DNA of 64,000 nt from Candidatus Latescibacterota bacterium (GCA_965237675.1 OZ250150.1:1760001-1824000), one strand, 5' to 3'; positions 19,554 to 33,940 are shown, counted from the first letter of the stretch. The notes: generated by a model from the letters alone, not told the origin. A program made the numbers and translations.

Positions 19554-19923
19554 TAGACGGCGGGCTGAAAACAAGCTTGAAAGAAGGGTGATATACAGGT
19601 GTTTGTGGATCGGTGGATATGCGACGCCTGAAAGATGTCAGGTGCCTGCGCAGGATACCGATTGACATCATAAGGGATTTTAATCATGGTTGGAGCGGAG
19701 GTTGCATGTGGCACATGGGTCCCGCATGTTTTCGATCTGTAGGGGAATCCGAAAGGCTGGCGGCAAGGTCGTGGTTAACCTGCCAGATCGGGCGAGGATC
19801 TTAGCGCTGTGAAGCGGCATTGTGAAGCAATTAGACCCGCAGCGCAACCGTCACGGCGAGTCGACTGGACGCCTCTTCACGTCACGACTTCGTGGAAAAT
19901 GCATGATAATCAGGAGAGCGTGA

Positions 19924-20703
19924 ATGAAATTGGAATTGCAGCAGGAATACGATGAGAAGGGTTTCTGTATCGCCCGCGGGGCCATTGACGCGGGTCTTGC
20001 GGCCGAAACGGTCGAGCACGTACAATGGTTGGTCAGAAAACATCCGGATACGCGGCCGGAGCGCTTGCACCATCAACTGATTGTGGACGACCCGTTTATG
20101 CACCGCCTGGTCTGCGACGACCGCCTCGTGGACATCGCGGCGCAGTTCATCGGCCCTAACGTGGCCATGTTCGGGGCCCACTATATTGCCAAGAAACCCG
20201 AAACGGGACAGGCCGTGCGGTGGCACCAGGATGGTTCCTACTGGCCCCTGGAGCCGATGGAGGTCACCACGCTGTGGGTCGCGGGCACGGACTCCACCGT
20301 GGAGAACGGATGTATGCGCGTCGTGCCGGGGACGCATACCCAGCGCCTGTTGAAGCGCTCGGAGATGGTGGACCTGGATCCGGACAAGTACGTCCTCGGC
20401 ATCGGGATGCGTCCCGATCAAATTGACGAGGCCGACGCCTTTGACCTGGAACTCAATGCTGGGGATATTTCCATCCATCACCCCAATATCGTCCACGGCT
20501 CCAACAGCAATACGTCGGACCAGTGGCGGGTGGGGCTCACCCTTCGCTATATTCCCACCAGCACCCGGGTGACACGAGACGGGCATCCGTCCATCCTGTG
20601 CCGGGGGGCGGTGATCCCCGAGGTGGGAAACCTTTACGCGCCGCGGCCGACGTACGTGGAAGGAAAGCACATGCCCTTCGACGGTTGTGAGACCTGGGCG
20701 TAG
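19924..20703 (+). CDS. PhyH family Fe(II)/2OG dioxygenase
   Basis: 'WHQDGSYW', 'ENGCMRVVPGTH', 'IVHGSNSN...R'. Confidence 0.9.
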   Translation: MKLELQQEYDEKGFCIARGAIDAGLAAETVEHVQWLVRKHPDTRPERLHHQLIVDDPFMHRLVCDDRLVDIAAQFIGPNVAMFGAHYIAKKPETGQAVRWHQDGSYWPLEPMEVTTLWVAGTDSTVENGCMRVVPGTHTQRLLKRSEMVDLDPDKYVLGIGMRPDQIDEADAFDLELNAGDISIHHPNIVHGSNSNTSDQWRVGLTLRYIPTSTRVTRDGHPSILCRGAVIPEVGNLYAPRPTYVEGKHMPFDGCETWA

Positions 20704-20704
20704 C

Positions 20705-21549
20705 GGCGTTCCCGGGATCGAGGGCATCCTGCCCTCGACACATAGGGCGCGAGGCCCGGGCGCCATCGTTTCCCGCCGAGATCATTGAGTCCCCGAGCGG
20801 CGGTTTTAAAGCCTGGCGATAGGTGGCCACGCCGCACACGGATGTGACCAAAGGCGGGACGCCCGCCCGGAGAGTTCACCCGTAACGGAAGGGTTAACGC
20901 CGAACAGACGGGGATGGAACAGCAATCACGAATGTCGTTCCCGGGATCGAGGGCATCCTGCCCTCGGCGGGTAATGCACGAGGTCCTTGCCCCGTCATTT
21001 CTGGCCACACTTATTGATTCCGCTAGCGCCAGCGGGCACAAACCATGGGTAACGAAGGGGATGCCGTACACGGTTGCGGCCGCGAGCGGAACGTCCGGAC
21101 GCCCGCCACCTAGGGGGTATTGCGGATGTACCCTCTTAAATTCGTCTTGGAGAGAGAACGCACGTGGAGTTCGCTCCGTGCCAAATCAACGCACTCACCT
21201 CGTTCTCCGAACTGGTGGTGTCAGCAATTGTACGGTCCATGCGTGATTAAATAGGGCCAACGGCGTCCTGCCGTCGTCGAGTACAGGATGCTCGCGAACC
21301 GGGTATTAGCAGGTCACGTTTTGTTCGAGGGCAGGATGCCCTCGGTCCCAGGGTTCGGACGTCCGGTGTGACGCCCCCTTCTCCGATCTGGTGTCAGATG
21401 TAATGGAACGCGTCAAATACGGCAATTCAGATTCGATGAAACCCAGTTCAAGTCGAGTGCAGGATGCCGTCGGTCCGGGTATTGGTGGGTCACGTCCTAG
21501 TCGAGGGCAGGATGCCCTCGATCCTGAGACGGGGAGTGGAAGGAGTGGA
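20705..21549. repeat. Mosaic REP array (BIME-like) upstream of the RAYT
   Basis: Palindrome GAGGGCA-TCC-TGCCCTC at ~20720 and ~20949, inverted at ~21327 and ~21503, degenerate at ~21259, ~21278 and ~21454; GCGGGACGCCCGC variant at ~20855; ~175-bp tandem units. Confidence 0.85.
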
Positions 21550-22152
21550 GTGGCGCCGTCAAGCCAATTTCACCGCACCCACCTTCCGCACTTTGAGGCC
21601 GGAGAAGTACCCCAACACATCTGTTTCAGACTGGCGGACAGCCTGTCGCAGAACCTGCTCCAACAATGGGAGCGCGAATTGGAGGGACTCCCGGAGGCGG
21701 AGCGCCTAAAACGCCGCCGAATTGAGGAGGCACTTGATCTGGGCCATGGTGCCTGCTGGTTGCGCCGCCCCGAGATCGCCGCCCTGGTGCGCGATTCCCT
21801 GCAGTACTTTGATGGTGACCTGTATCGTCTTCATGCGTGGGTCGTCATGCCCAATCATGTCCATGTACTGGTCACACCACTGGGTGATCACTCCTTGTCC
21901 GGCATCGTGCACTCCTGTAAATCTTACACGGGCAACCAGGCGAACAAGATACTGGAGCGGAATGGAAAGTTCTGGTATGAGGACTACTTTGACCGTTTCG
22001 TGCGCGACGAAGATCACTTTGCAGCGATTGTAAATTACATCCATTTGAACCCGGTCAAGGCAGGGCTGTGTGCGGATCCGGAAGATTGGGAATGGAGCAG
22101 TCGTCACAATCGTCGCTCCCGGGGCCGAGGGCATCATGCCCTCGACACATAG
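21550..22152 (+). mobile_element. rayT: REP-associated tyrosine transposase (RAYT, IS200/Y1_Tnp HUH family)
   Basis: 'LPHF...ICFRLADSL', HUH 'VVMPNHVH', 'KSYT', 'FW..YFDR', catalytic Tyr 'YIHLNPVKAGL...WEWSS'; flanked by REPs; GTG start after GGAAGGAG. Confidence 0.9.
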
Positions 22153-22330
22153 GGCGCGAGCCCCTGGCGGGAAGTGGCGATGTCCCACGCCGACGTGGCT
22201 GCAGGCGGGACGCCCCGGAGAATTCACCCGTAATGTAAAGGTTGACGCCGGGCAGATGCGAATGGAGCAGGTGTCACGATCGTCGTTCCCGGGACCGAGG
22301 GCATCCTGCCCTCGACAGGTAGGGTGCGAG
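22120..22330. repeat. REP array downstream of the RAYT
   Basis: GAGGGCATCATGCCCTC (~22127) and GAGGGCATCCTGCCCTC (~22298); colinear with 20711-20970. Confidence 0.85.
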
Positions 22331-22420
22331 GGATGGGCGCAGCGTCGCACATTTCTGTGCATCCATCCAGAGAAGCCGACGGGTAGCGAACTTCCGTCGT
22401 AATTACGAAACAAATATCCA

Positions 22421-25993
<3,573 letters not shown>

Positions 25994-26080
25994 TTGGAGG
26001 GAAATCGCCTCACAAAAGTAGATTGTGACGTGTCTATATTGTCTGGAATGTCCGGCCCGAATTCTTCTTTGGTAGAGAGG

Positions 26081-26260
26081 TCATCCTTGACGGGCTTCGG
26101 ATAAATCGTTACCATTTCTGACCACTTGTCCGTGTACCAGATCTTCGATCTCGTCTTCAAAGTTCTCGATGTAGGCTTTCACTTCAATCTCCAAGGCGGC
26201 ATGCAGCATTTGCCTTGCGCCAGCAGAGAGCAGATCTTCCGAGCTCGGTTTCTCTTCACT
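26081..26260 (-). pseudogene. IS256-family transposase N-terminal remnant
   Basis: 'EDLLSAGARQMLHAALEIEVKAYI...VVRNG' matches the IS256 transposase N-terminus, then the similarity ends. Confidence 0.6.
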
Positions 26261-26384
26261 TCTTGCTATCCCTTCTGCCTCGTCCGACGTGTCCAGGGGT
26301 AATGGTAACACTCCAGGATACACTCTTGTGTCTCTTTTTATCCGCAGCATTTGAGTATAAGTCCCTTCAATCACAGGGATTGCG

Positions 26385-27257
26385 ATGATCTATTATCTTC
26401 CGACCGTGCGCAGTACACGCGAGGGGTGGGAAACGCTCGCCAAACTCGCCAAAACTGCTCAGGGTCTCTATTCGGATGAACTGCAACTCAACATGTCAAA
26501 GTTGGATTTTTTCGACGCCAACATGGCCGCACCCCTTGGCGCGATTCTTTCAAGGGTCGCTGACGGTTTCAATACCATTCGCATCGTCGATATGCCGGGC
26601 CCAGTCGAGACTATACTTCGCAAGAATCTGTTTCTAACTCATTATTGGTACAAATCACTGGATGACAACAATAATACAACCATGCCATTTCGCCGGCTGC
26701 GCCTGAGTGACGAGGGTGAGTTCGAAGAATATATCCATTGGCAACTTACCGGAAGAGGCATCCCCAGAATGTCCGATGGCGCAAGCAGAATCTTCAAAAA
26801 AAAGGTTTTTGAAGTGTATCAGAATGCCGTATTCCATTCTGAATCAAATCTTGGTGTCTTCGTCTGTGGCCAGTTTTTCCCGCAACAGAACCGGCTTGAT
26901 TTTACGGTTGCAGATGCCGGTATCGGAATTCGAGAGAATGTTCGTCGGTATTTCAATAATCCTCGTATCAACTCGCTTCCAGCTCTCAAATGGGCACTCG
27001 AGCCATATCACACCACGAAAAGTGGGCCGTATCCCGGTGGGTTAGGCCTTGAGTTTCTACAGAAATTCGCTCGTCTGAATGACGGTAAGATTCAGATTGC
27101 CTCCCGTTTCGCATTCTATGAGTTAAGCCGTGGCACGGAAACTTTCGCGAATATGGCGGTTGACTTTCCCGGGACTGCCGTGACCATTGAAAATAACACT
27201 GCTGATGAGAGTATTTATTTCCTGGAGAGTGAAAGAAAAGCCGACAGTCCGTTTTGA
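26385..27257 (+). CDS. GHKL/histidine-kinase-like ATPase (anti-sigma-type kinase fold) with N-terminal STAS-like region
   Basis: N box 'EVYQNAVFHS', G1 'VADAGIGI', G2 'TTK...GGLGL', terminal 'FPGTAV'; no HisKA domain. Confidence 0.8.
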   Translation: MIYYLPTVRSTREGWETLAKLAKTAQGLYSDELQLNMSKLDFFDANMAAPLGAILSRVADGFNTIRIVDMPGPVETILRKNLFLTHYWYKSLDDNNNTTMPFRRLRLSDEGEFEEYIHWQLTGRGIPRMSDGASRIFKKKVFEVYQNAVFHSESNLGVFVCGQFFPQQNRLDFTVADAGIGIRENVRRYFNNPRINSLPALKWALEPYHTTKSGPYPGGLGLEFLQKFARLNDGKIQIASRFAFYELSRGTETFANMAVDFPGTAVTIENNTADESIYFLESERKADSPF

Positions 27258-27276
27258 ATTGGGAAAGAGGACAAGC

Positions 27277-27636
27277 ATGACGCGAGAAATTACAGTTCGA
27301 GTATTTGACATCATTGGTGGTCCCCTGTGCGTATCTACCAGCGACGGCCAACGTCTGTACGACAAGATTGCTCCACTCTTGAGGGCCGGGTCGCCGGTGG
27401 TTCTATCCTTCGAACGGATAGAGATTCTCATCTCGGCTTTTCTCAACGCGGCAGTGGGTCAGCTTTACGGCGAGTTACCCGAGGAAAGCATCCGTGCGTT
27501 GCTCTCGTTTCGCGATTTGGCGGATGACGACCGGGAGATGCTGGAACGTGTAATTGAAAACGCAAAAATGTACTTTAAAACCCCCGATGATTTCGATCGC
27601 GTGTGGCGTGAGGAACTAGGCGATGAAGAAGAATAA
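27277..27636 (+). CDS. STAS-like domain protein (DUF4325)
   Basis: 'STSDGQRLYDKI...VVLSFERIEILISAFLNAAVGQLY'; ATG 27277 after GAGG. Confidence 0.8.
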   Translation: MTREITVRVFDIIGGPLCVSTSDGQRLYDKIAPLLRAGSPVVLSFERIEILISAFLNAAVGQLYGELPEESIRALLSFRDLADDDREMLERVIENAKMYFKTPDDFDRVWREELGDEEE

Positions 27637-28177
27637 GGCGTACGACTTGGCTGCATATCCGTTTAGCAGAGGCGAGACGTTCTTGCTTGATGCGAACGTT
27701 TGGCTCTATTTGTATCCACCGCCATCGGGGAACAGGAGCACAATCACCCAGAAATATAGTAACGGATTAAAGTCCATTCGATCCGTAGGTTCACGGTTGA
27801 TCATGGACGCTATGGTCTTGAGTGAATACTTGAATACCTATTGTCGCATTGAATGGAAGGCTCTACACCTGACCCGGTATCCCAATTTCAAGACATTTCG
27901 CAAATCGGCGGCCTTCAGTGGGGTCGGCAAAGGTGCGGCATCCTTTGCAACATCCATGCTCAAGCTCTGTGCGCGCCACGATCATCCGTTTGCCACGGCC
28001 AATATCAAGCAGGTGCTGGCAGATTTTACAGCGGGAGTGACTGATTTCAATGACGGATTGCTGGCTGAGACCTGTCGTCGCAATGGCTGGAAACTGATTA
28101 CGAACGACGGCGACTTCAGCACGGGAGGCATAGAAGTGTTAACCGCAAACTCGAGACTTCTGGCAGCATGCCAATGA
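27623..28177 (+). CDS. PIN domain ribonuclease
   Basis: 'FLLDANVW', 'LSEY', 'DFND', 'LITNDGDF' acidic tetrad; overlaps the STAS gene by 14 nt. Confidence 0.85.
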   Translation: MKKNKAYDLAAYPFSRGETFLLDANVWLYLYPPPSGNRSTITQKYSNGLKSIRSVGSRLIMDAMVLSEYLNTYCRIEWKALHLTRYPNFKTFRKSAAFSGVGKGAASFATSMLKLCARHDHPFATANIKQVLADFTAGVTDFNDGLLAETCRRNGWKLITNDGDFSTGGIEVLTANSRLLAACQ

Positions 28178-28381
28178 AGGCTTTCACAATACGTGCATCG
28201 ACCTCACCCTATATCTCAATGCCATCGCCGAGGCAAATCCCCGGCCGAGCGCGTTGGTCTCGATACGTCTGACGAGCTGAGTCACGGGTTTCGCGATCTA
28301 CGCGACGCAGTCGAAGAGAATTCTTGTCTGAGTTCATCTGATATATCCTGAGGAGACGTCGAAGCAAGATCTGAATTGCCC

Positions 28382-28420
28382 GTGAGGATAGCCTGCCTGA
28401 CACAGGCCGGCTATCCTCGC
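28382..28420. other. Strong intergenic hairpin upstream of higA
   Basis: GAGGATAGCC...GGCTATCCTC outer stem with inner GCCTG-ACA-CAGGC. Confidence 0.55.
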
Positions 28421-28436
28421 AGGCGGAGAGCAAGTA

Positions 28437-28882
28437 ATGGCGACGAACCAGTACCGCCCCGACTATGCGGTTCCCCCTGGTTGGGTCCTGGCGGAAAGAC
28501 TTTCGGCCCAGGATATTTCGCGCGCGGAGTTCGCACGAAGATGTGATCGCTCGGCTAAACTCATCAGCGAGATTATCTCGGGGAAAGCCCCCATAGAGCC
28601 GAAGACGGCGCTTAAATTCGAAAGGGTGCTGGGGGTCGATGCGGATATCTGGTTGGATATTGAGAAGGACTATCAGTTGCACCAGATCCGACAAGCCGGG
28701 GCCAGGGAAGCGTAGCCGGTAGCGACGCCGAAGGCGCATTCGCGATGGCGGAGGTACGCTGCATTGCCAATAAGCAGAGCATAGCGCCCGGCATCGTCGT
28801 CGGAAGCCTCCTGCATGTATGGCACCTCCCCTGGAATCGGCTGAACAACCTGAAAGTGCGATTGGAGTGGGTTGAGAATTGA
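28437..28882 (+). pseudogene. higA: HigA-type HTH antitoxin, remnant of an internally deleted HigA-ImmA/IrrE fusion
   Basis: 92-aa HTH ORF ('PDYAVPPG...LISEIISGKAPI') followed in another frame by the fusion's C-terminal tail 'IAPGIVVGSLLHVWHLPWNRLNNLKVRLEW*' (28745-28882); peptidase core missing; no cognate HigB. Confidence 0.7.
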
Positions 28883-28933
28883 TTCCCAATGTAACGGCCG
28901 TAAGAAGCGCCCTCGTGAGTCGTCAGACCGGAG

Positions 28934-30475
28934 ATGGAAGTTATGGTAGATTCAACCATACGAGACTCGCTTGAACTCGAAGTCGCTGATTTCGGACCGA
29001 TCGTCAATGCCAAAATCGATCTGCGCCCGTTGACGGTATTCATCGGACCGAGCAATACTGGGAAATCTTATCTGGCAACGTTGATCTATGCGCTGCATAT
29101 GTATTTTACGGGTAGATCGATCACTTCGCGGTTCTTTTTGAACTACGAGAGACTTCTTGATCTTGGTCCAAGCTTCGTAGACAGGGAAACTCTCAACGCG
29201 CTTAACGAATTTCTGAAGCAAGTGACGAACGGGATAGGAGATATCCGGAGCGAAAACGAAGCGGTTCTTCCCATCCCAATTGTCAAGGCAATTTGCTCAA
29301 TGTTTGAGTTACAGAACGATCAACTCCACAGTGAAATCGAAAGGTGCTTTGGGATCGACAGTGCCAGCGCACTTATCCGGAAAGGGAACAGGCGATGTGC
29401 GCGGATTGTATTACGGAAATCTACTTCAAGGGATTCGGCATCGTTTGAACACGAACTGATTCTGAAGTCTAATGCACCAGAATTCGTGACGGCGATGCCC
29501 AATGTGGAACAACTGAGGGTTAAACTCGACGATAGGAAAGAGTTCGTTGAGTACTACGACCGCCTGAAGAATACGTTCTTGAGAGCTGATCAAATGGGCC
29601 AGGATTCGTATCGACAAGCCTTGGGGCCAATCAATCATTTGCTTGGACTCGCTCTTCCGCACCTTGTAGGTTCCCTTTATCGCGCGGCATTCTATCTCCC
29701 CGCCGATCGAACCGGCGTGATGAATAGCCATCAGGTGGTCGTGAGTGCGTTGATCCAGAACGCTACAACTGCCGGTCTGCGTCCCGATGAAGAAACTCCA
29801 ATGCTGTCGGGTGTTTTGGGTGATTTTCTGCAAAACTTGCTCGTTTTGCCCAGTGCGGCAATTCGTCAAAGCACGTCCAGGAAACATCTGGGTGCGCGAA
29901 TTGAAGATCTGATTCTCGGCGGATCGATTCAGGTCGAAAGATCGGAGTTGATTAGCTACCCGCACTTCACCTACCAGCCATCGGGATGGAAACATCCGAT
30001 GCCGTTGATGAATGCCTCTTCCATGGTATCGGAAATCGCACCGGTAGTGATGTTTCTTCGCCATCTGGTCAGCCCCGGCAGTACACTCATTATCGAAGAA
30101 CCCGAATCACACTTGCACCCTGCCATGCAGGTCGAATTTACCCGTCAGATCGCCGCGCTTGTTAAGGCGGGAGTCAGGGTAATCGTCACGACGCACAGCG
30201 AGTGGGTACTTGAGGAACTCGCCAACGTCGTGCGACGCTCCGAACTTCCCGAGTCCCGTCGAAAGGAGATGCCCCACGGCGAATTTGCCCTTCGTCCCGA
30301 GCAGGTGGGGGCATGGCTGTTCAAGCAGAAGCGCCGCCCGAAGGGATCGGTCGTCGAAGAAATTCGATTCGATCCTGATGCAGGTGGGCTTGAGAGTGAT
30401 TTCAGCGAAGTTGGCCGACAACTCTACAATGATTGGGCGACGATCGGTAACCGTATTGCAGGAAGTACCGAGTAA
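28934..30475 (+). CDS. ABC-type AAA_15/AAA_21 ATPase (defence-associated)
   Basis: Walker A 'GPSNTGKS', 'LPADR', signature-like 'ASSMV', Walker B/D-loop 'IIEEPESHLHP', 'VTTHS'. Confidence 0.9.
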   Translation: MEVMVDSTIRDSLELEVADFGPIVNAKIDLRPLTVFIGPSNTGKSYLATLIYALHMYFTGRSITSRFFLNYERLLDLGPSFVDRETLNALNEFLKQVTNGIGDIRSENEAVLPIPIVKAICSMFELQNDQLHSEIERCFGIDSASALIRKGNRRCARIVLRKSTSRDSASFEHELILKSNAPEFVTAMPNVEQLRVKLDDRKEFVEYYDRLKNTFLRADQMGQDSYRQALGPINHLLGLALPHLVGSLYRAAFYLPADRTGVMNSHQVVVSALIQNATTAGLRPDEETPMLSGVLGDFLQNLLVLPSAAIRQSTSRKHLGARIEDLILGGSIQVERSELISYPHFTYQPSGWKHPMPLMNASSMVSEIAPVVMFLRHLVSPGSTLIIEEPESHLHPAMQVEFTRQIAALVKAGVRVIVTTHSEWVLEELANVVRRSELPESRRKEMPHGEFALRPEQVGAWLFKQKRRPKGSVVEEIRFDPDAGGLESDFSEVGRQLYNDWATIGNRIAGSTE

Positions 30476-30960
30476 TGTGTGGCTTAGTCGAACAGCTGAA
30501 AAATGGACTTCCTGAAGGGACCATCGTTAAGAGATGCTCGAAAGAGGGTTGCAAGGTTCCGTTGAAAAACGCCCCGTCGCCGCATCTGGTTATGGATCTG
30601 GATCACCCTTATTTCGACCTGAAGGATAAGACACATTGCGATTTTCTGTTTATCAGTTGCGACTGCAATGGTGGCGACAACTGGGTCATGCCACTGGAAT
30701 TAAAACGTGGCAGCCCGGATGCAACAGAAATGGTATCGCAGCTACAGGCTGGATCCGGCGTCGCCGAAGCTCGGATTCCGGACGAACACAAGACGCATTT
30801 CCTTCCGGTTGGGGCCTATGGAGGCCGTTTGCATATTACGCAAAGGGATAAGCTCAGAAAGTCTCGAGTTTCGTTTCGCAGAAAAGAATACCAGATTAAA
30901 CTCATCCGATGCGGAACACCTTTGAAAAATTCTCTTCTGCGGAGTTCGAGCGCGAAATGA
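30475..30960 (+). CDS. Small Cys-containing protein with PD-(D/E)xK-like motif (putative nuclease partner of the ATPase)
   Basis: 'HCDFLFI...MPLELKRG...SQLQAG'; TAATG coupling upstream and ATGA coupling to the methyltransferase. Confidence 0.6.
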   Translation: MCGLVEQLKNGLPEGTIVKRCSKEGCKVPLKNAPSPHLVMDLDHPYFDLKDKTHCDFLFISCDCNGGDNWVMPLELKRGSPDATEMVSQLQAGSGVAEARIPDEHKTHFLPVGAYGGRLHITQRDKLRKSRVSFRRKEYQIKLIRCGTPLKNSLLRSSSAK

Positions 30961-33911
30961 ATACCCACCGAAAAAAACTTATCGAAGTCGCCCTTCCGCT
31001 TGACGCTATCAACGCCGCGTCGGCTCGTGAAAAGTCGATCCGCCACGGCCACCCCAGCACCCTTCACCTCTGGTGGGCGCGACGCCCACTGGCGGCAGCG
31101 CGGGCAGTGATCTTTGCGCAGATGGTGGATGATCCGTCGGCGCACCCGGACCTGTTTCCATCCGAGGCTGATCAGGAGAAAGAACGCCAACGCCTGTTTC
31201 GCCTTATCGAGGAATTGGTGAAGTGGGAGAACACCACCAACGAGGCCGTTCTGGAACGGGCGCGATCCGAGATCCGCAAATCCTGGCGTCGGACCTGCGC
31301 CGACAATGCGGACCATCCACGTGCCAGCGAGTTGTTCAACCCGGACAAGCTGCCCGCCTTCCACGACCCGTTTGCGGGTGGCGGCTCGTTGCCGCTCGAA
31401 GCACAGCGCCTGGGACTTGAGGCCCACGCCAGTGACCTCAACCCGGTGGCCGTGCTTATCAACAAGGCCATGATCGAGATCCCGCCGAGATTTGCAGGCA
31501 GACCACCGGTGAATCCCGAAACAAGGCCCGGCGGATCGTCTACCAAGAAGTCTCTTGTTGAGCGACAATGGAAGGGCGCCGAAGGACTCGCGGAGGACGT
31601 ACGCTACTACGGCCAGTGGATGCGTGACGAAGCTGAGAAACGCATTGGACATCTATATCCTAAGATCGATGTCACCCCGGAGATGGTTCGGGAGCGGCCT
31701 GACCTCAAACAGTACAGTGGGCGCACATTGACGGTGATCGCTTGGCTGTGGGCGCGGACGGTGAAGAGTCCGAACCCGGCCTTTGCCGATGTGGACGTGC
31801 CACTGGCATCAACTTTCACGCTTTCAACGAAGAAAGGGAAGGATGCGTATGTCGAGCCGGTAATTGACGGGCGCGGTTATCAATTTACTGTTAGGGTAGG
31901 AAAGCCGAAAGATGCAGCTGCGGCGAAGGCGGGAACCAAGCTAACGCGAGGAGCGAACTTCCGCTGCATGATGTCCGGTACAGCACTCACGGCTGGTTAC
32001 ATCCGAACGGAGGCACAAGCCGGACGAATGGGGTCGCGTCTGATGGCGATTGTGGCCAAGGGGGATCGCAGCAGGTTGTATTTTGCACCTGTGGATAGCC
32101 ATGAAGCGGTGGCAGCCACGGCCCAACCCCTTTGGAAACCTGACCTGAAAGTACCGACGCCGTGCCATGATGTTGACCGTTTGCCGATGTACGGAATGCC
32201 TACATGGGGTGATGCTTTCACCCCCCGACAACTTGTCGCCTTGACTACATTATCCGACCTCGTCAAGGAGGTATTGGAGCGGGTCAAGCGCGATTACAGC
32301 AGTGCACGGTCTTCTGGTTCGCCCGAACCCGTAGCGTCCCCATGTACGGATGACGAGACGCCCCTACGCAACGGCGGCGCTGGCGCGTCGGCGTATGCTG
32401 AGGCGGTGGGGGTGTATCTGGCGTGTGCGGTTAGCAAAACGTCAAACCGTGCCAGTACCCTATGTACTTTCAAGATTTCAGTGGAATGTCCTGGAGATAC
32501 ATTTGGGAGGCAAGCCCTTCCGATGACTTGGGATTACGCTGAAGCGAATACGGTAGCCGGACCTAGCGGCTCCTTTGAAAGCATGCTTACCAACACAGTA
32601 GCTGGGTTGCTTTCCAACGGTGCGCTGCCTGGATCCATCGGCCGGGCACACCAGGCAGATGCTGCGTCTCAGTCAATTGCACTCAGAAAAGCTATCTCTA
32701 CAGACCCGCCATATTACGACAATATAGGTTACGCCGACCTCTCGGACTTCTTTTACGTCTGGCTACGTCGCTCGATGAGGTCGACGTTTCCGGATCTCTT
32801 TGCCACTCTCGCCGTACCAAAGGCCGAAGAACTGGTTGCTACGCCATACCGCCACGGTACAAAGGAAAAGGCGGAGATCTTCTTTCTAGAGGGCATGGTA
32901 AGAGTAATGCATTGCATTGCCGACCAAGCGCACCCTGCTTTTCCGATCACCATCTACTACGCCTTTAAGCAGTCTGAGACAAGAGGTGGCTCCAAGCTTG
33001 CCAGCACGGGTTGGGACACATTCTTAAGTGCGGTTATTCGTTCCGGACTCGGAATCACGGGTACCTGGCCTGTACGTACAGAGCGTGAGAACCGAAAGTT
33101 GAATCAGGGCACCAACGCCCTCGCCTCCAGCATCGTCATGGTCTGCCGCAAGCGCGAGGCTGGCGCGCCCTTGGCCACCCGGCGTGAATTCGTAGCCGCG
33201 TTGAGGGAAGAACTTCCCGACGCTCTCGCTCACCTGCAAAGCGGCAATATCGCCCCGGTGGATCTTGCCCAAGCCGCCATCGGTCCCGGCATGGCCGTGT
33301 TCACACGGTACGCTAAGGTGCTCGACGCCCAGGGCAATCCAGTCTCCGTTCGCGATGCCCTCGCGTTAATTAACCAGACACTCGACGAGGTACTGGCGGA
33401 ACAGGAGGGGGAATTCGACCCCGACACCCGCTGGGCCCTGGCGTGGTTCGAGCAGCAGGGTTTTAGCGAGGGCGAGTACGGTGTGGCGGAAACGTTGTCC
33501 AAGGCAAAGAACACCAGCATCGACGGCATCGTCGAGGGCGGGATCCTCGCCTCCCGCGGTGGAAAGGTGCGTCTGTTGCGTCCGAGCGAGTTGGCCGCCG
33601 ATTGGGATCCAACGTCAGACGCTCGGCTCACTGTGTGGGAGGCGGTGCACCACCTTGTCCAGGCCCTCGAGTCCGGTGGCGAATCGGCCGCTGCAACGCT
33701 GGTTCATCAACTCGGCGGAATTGCGGAGACTGCCCGCGAACTGGCATACCGCCTGTACACCGTCTGTGACCGCAAGAACCGCAATGAGGAAGCCCGCTCC
33801 TACAACGGCCTCGTGCAAAGCTGGCCGGAAATCGTGCGATTGTCAAGGGAACTCACGCAAGGTCAACAGTTGAGGATTTTTGGAGATCAAGCATCAAGAA
33901 ATGCTTCTTGA
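30957..33911 (+). CDS. DUF1156 adenine-specific DNA methyltransferase (restriction-like system subunit)
   Basis: '[10 protein letters not shown]...[11 protein letters not shown]', SAM motif 'DPFAGGGS', catalytic 'TDPPYYD'. Confidence 0.92.
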   Translation: MNTHRKKLIEVALPLDAINAASAREKSIRHGHPSTLHLWWARRPLAAARAVIFAQMVDDPSAHPDLFPSEADQEKERQRLFRLIEELVKWENTTNEAVLERARSEIRKSWRRTCADNADHPRASELFNPDKLPAFHDPFAGGGSLPLEAQRLGLEAHASDLNPVAVLINKAMIEIPPRFAGRPPVNPETRPGGSSTKKSLVERQWKGAEGLAEDVRYYGQWMRDEAEKRIGHLYPKIDVTPEMVRERPDLKQYSGRTLTVIAWLWARTVKSPNPAFADVDVPLASTFTLSTKKGKDAYVEPVIDGRGYQFTVRVGKPKDAAAAKAGTKLTRGANFRCMMSGTALTAGYIRTEAQAGRMGSRLMAIVAKGDRSRLYFAPVDSHEAVAATAQPLWKPDLKVPTPCHDVDRLPMYGMPTWGDAFTPRQLVALTTLSDLVKEVLERVKRDYSSARSSGSPEPVASPCTDDETPLRNGGAGASAYAEAVGVYLACAVSKTSNRASTLCTFKISVECPGDTFGRQALPMTWDYAEANTVAGPSGSFESMLTNTVAGLLSNGALPGSIGRAHQADAASQSIALRKAISTDPPYYDNIGYADLSDFFYVWLRRSMRSTFPDLFATLAVPKAEELVATPYRHGTKEKAEIFFLEGMVRVMHCIADQAHPAFPITIYYAFKQSETRGGSKLASTGWDTFLSAVIRSGLGITGTWPVRTERENRKLNQGTNALASSIVMVCRKREAGAPLATRREFVAALREELPDALAHLQSGNIAPVDLAQAAIGPGMAVFTRYAKVLDAQGNPVSVRDALALINQTLDEVLAEQEGEFDPDTRWALAWFEQQGFSEGEYGVAETLSKAKNTSIDGIVEGGILASRGGKVRLLRPSELAADWDPTSDARLTVWEAVHHLVQALESGGESAAATLVHQLGGIAETARELAYRLYTVCDRKNRNEEARSYNGLVQSWPEIVRLSRELTQGQQLRIFGDQASRNAS

Positions 33912-33940
33912 TGTATCAACATGGAGACTGAACTGGCCCA

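Noticed and set aside
19554-19923. 370-nt intergenic region as a riboswitch/ncRNA
   Set aside because: No recognisable conserved motif; a TTGACA is present but lacks a convincing -10 at the right spacing.
20705-22330. Repeated palindromes as a CRISPR array
   Set aside because: Spacing is irregular, orientations are mixed, the intervening sequences are long and mutually homologous, and no cas genes are present; the adjacent RAYT explains them as REPs.
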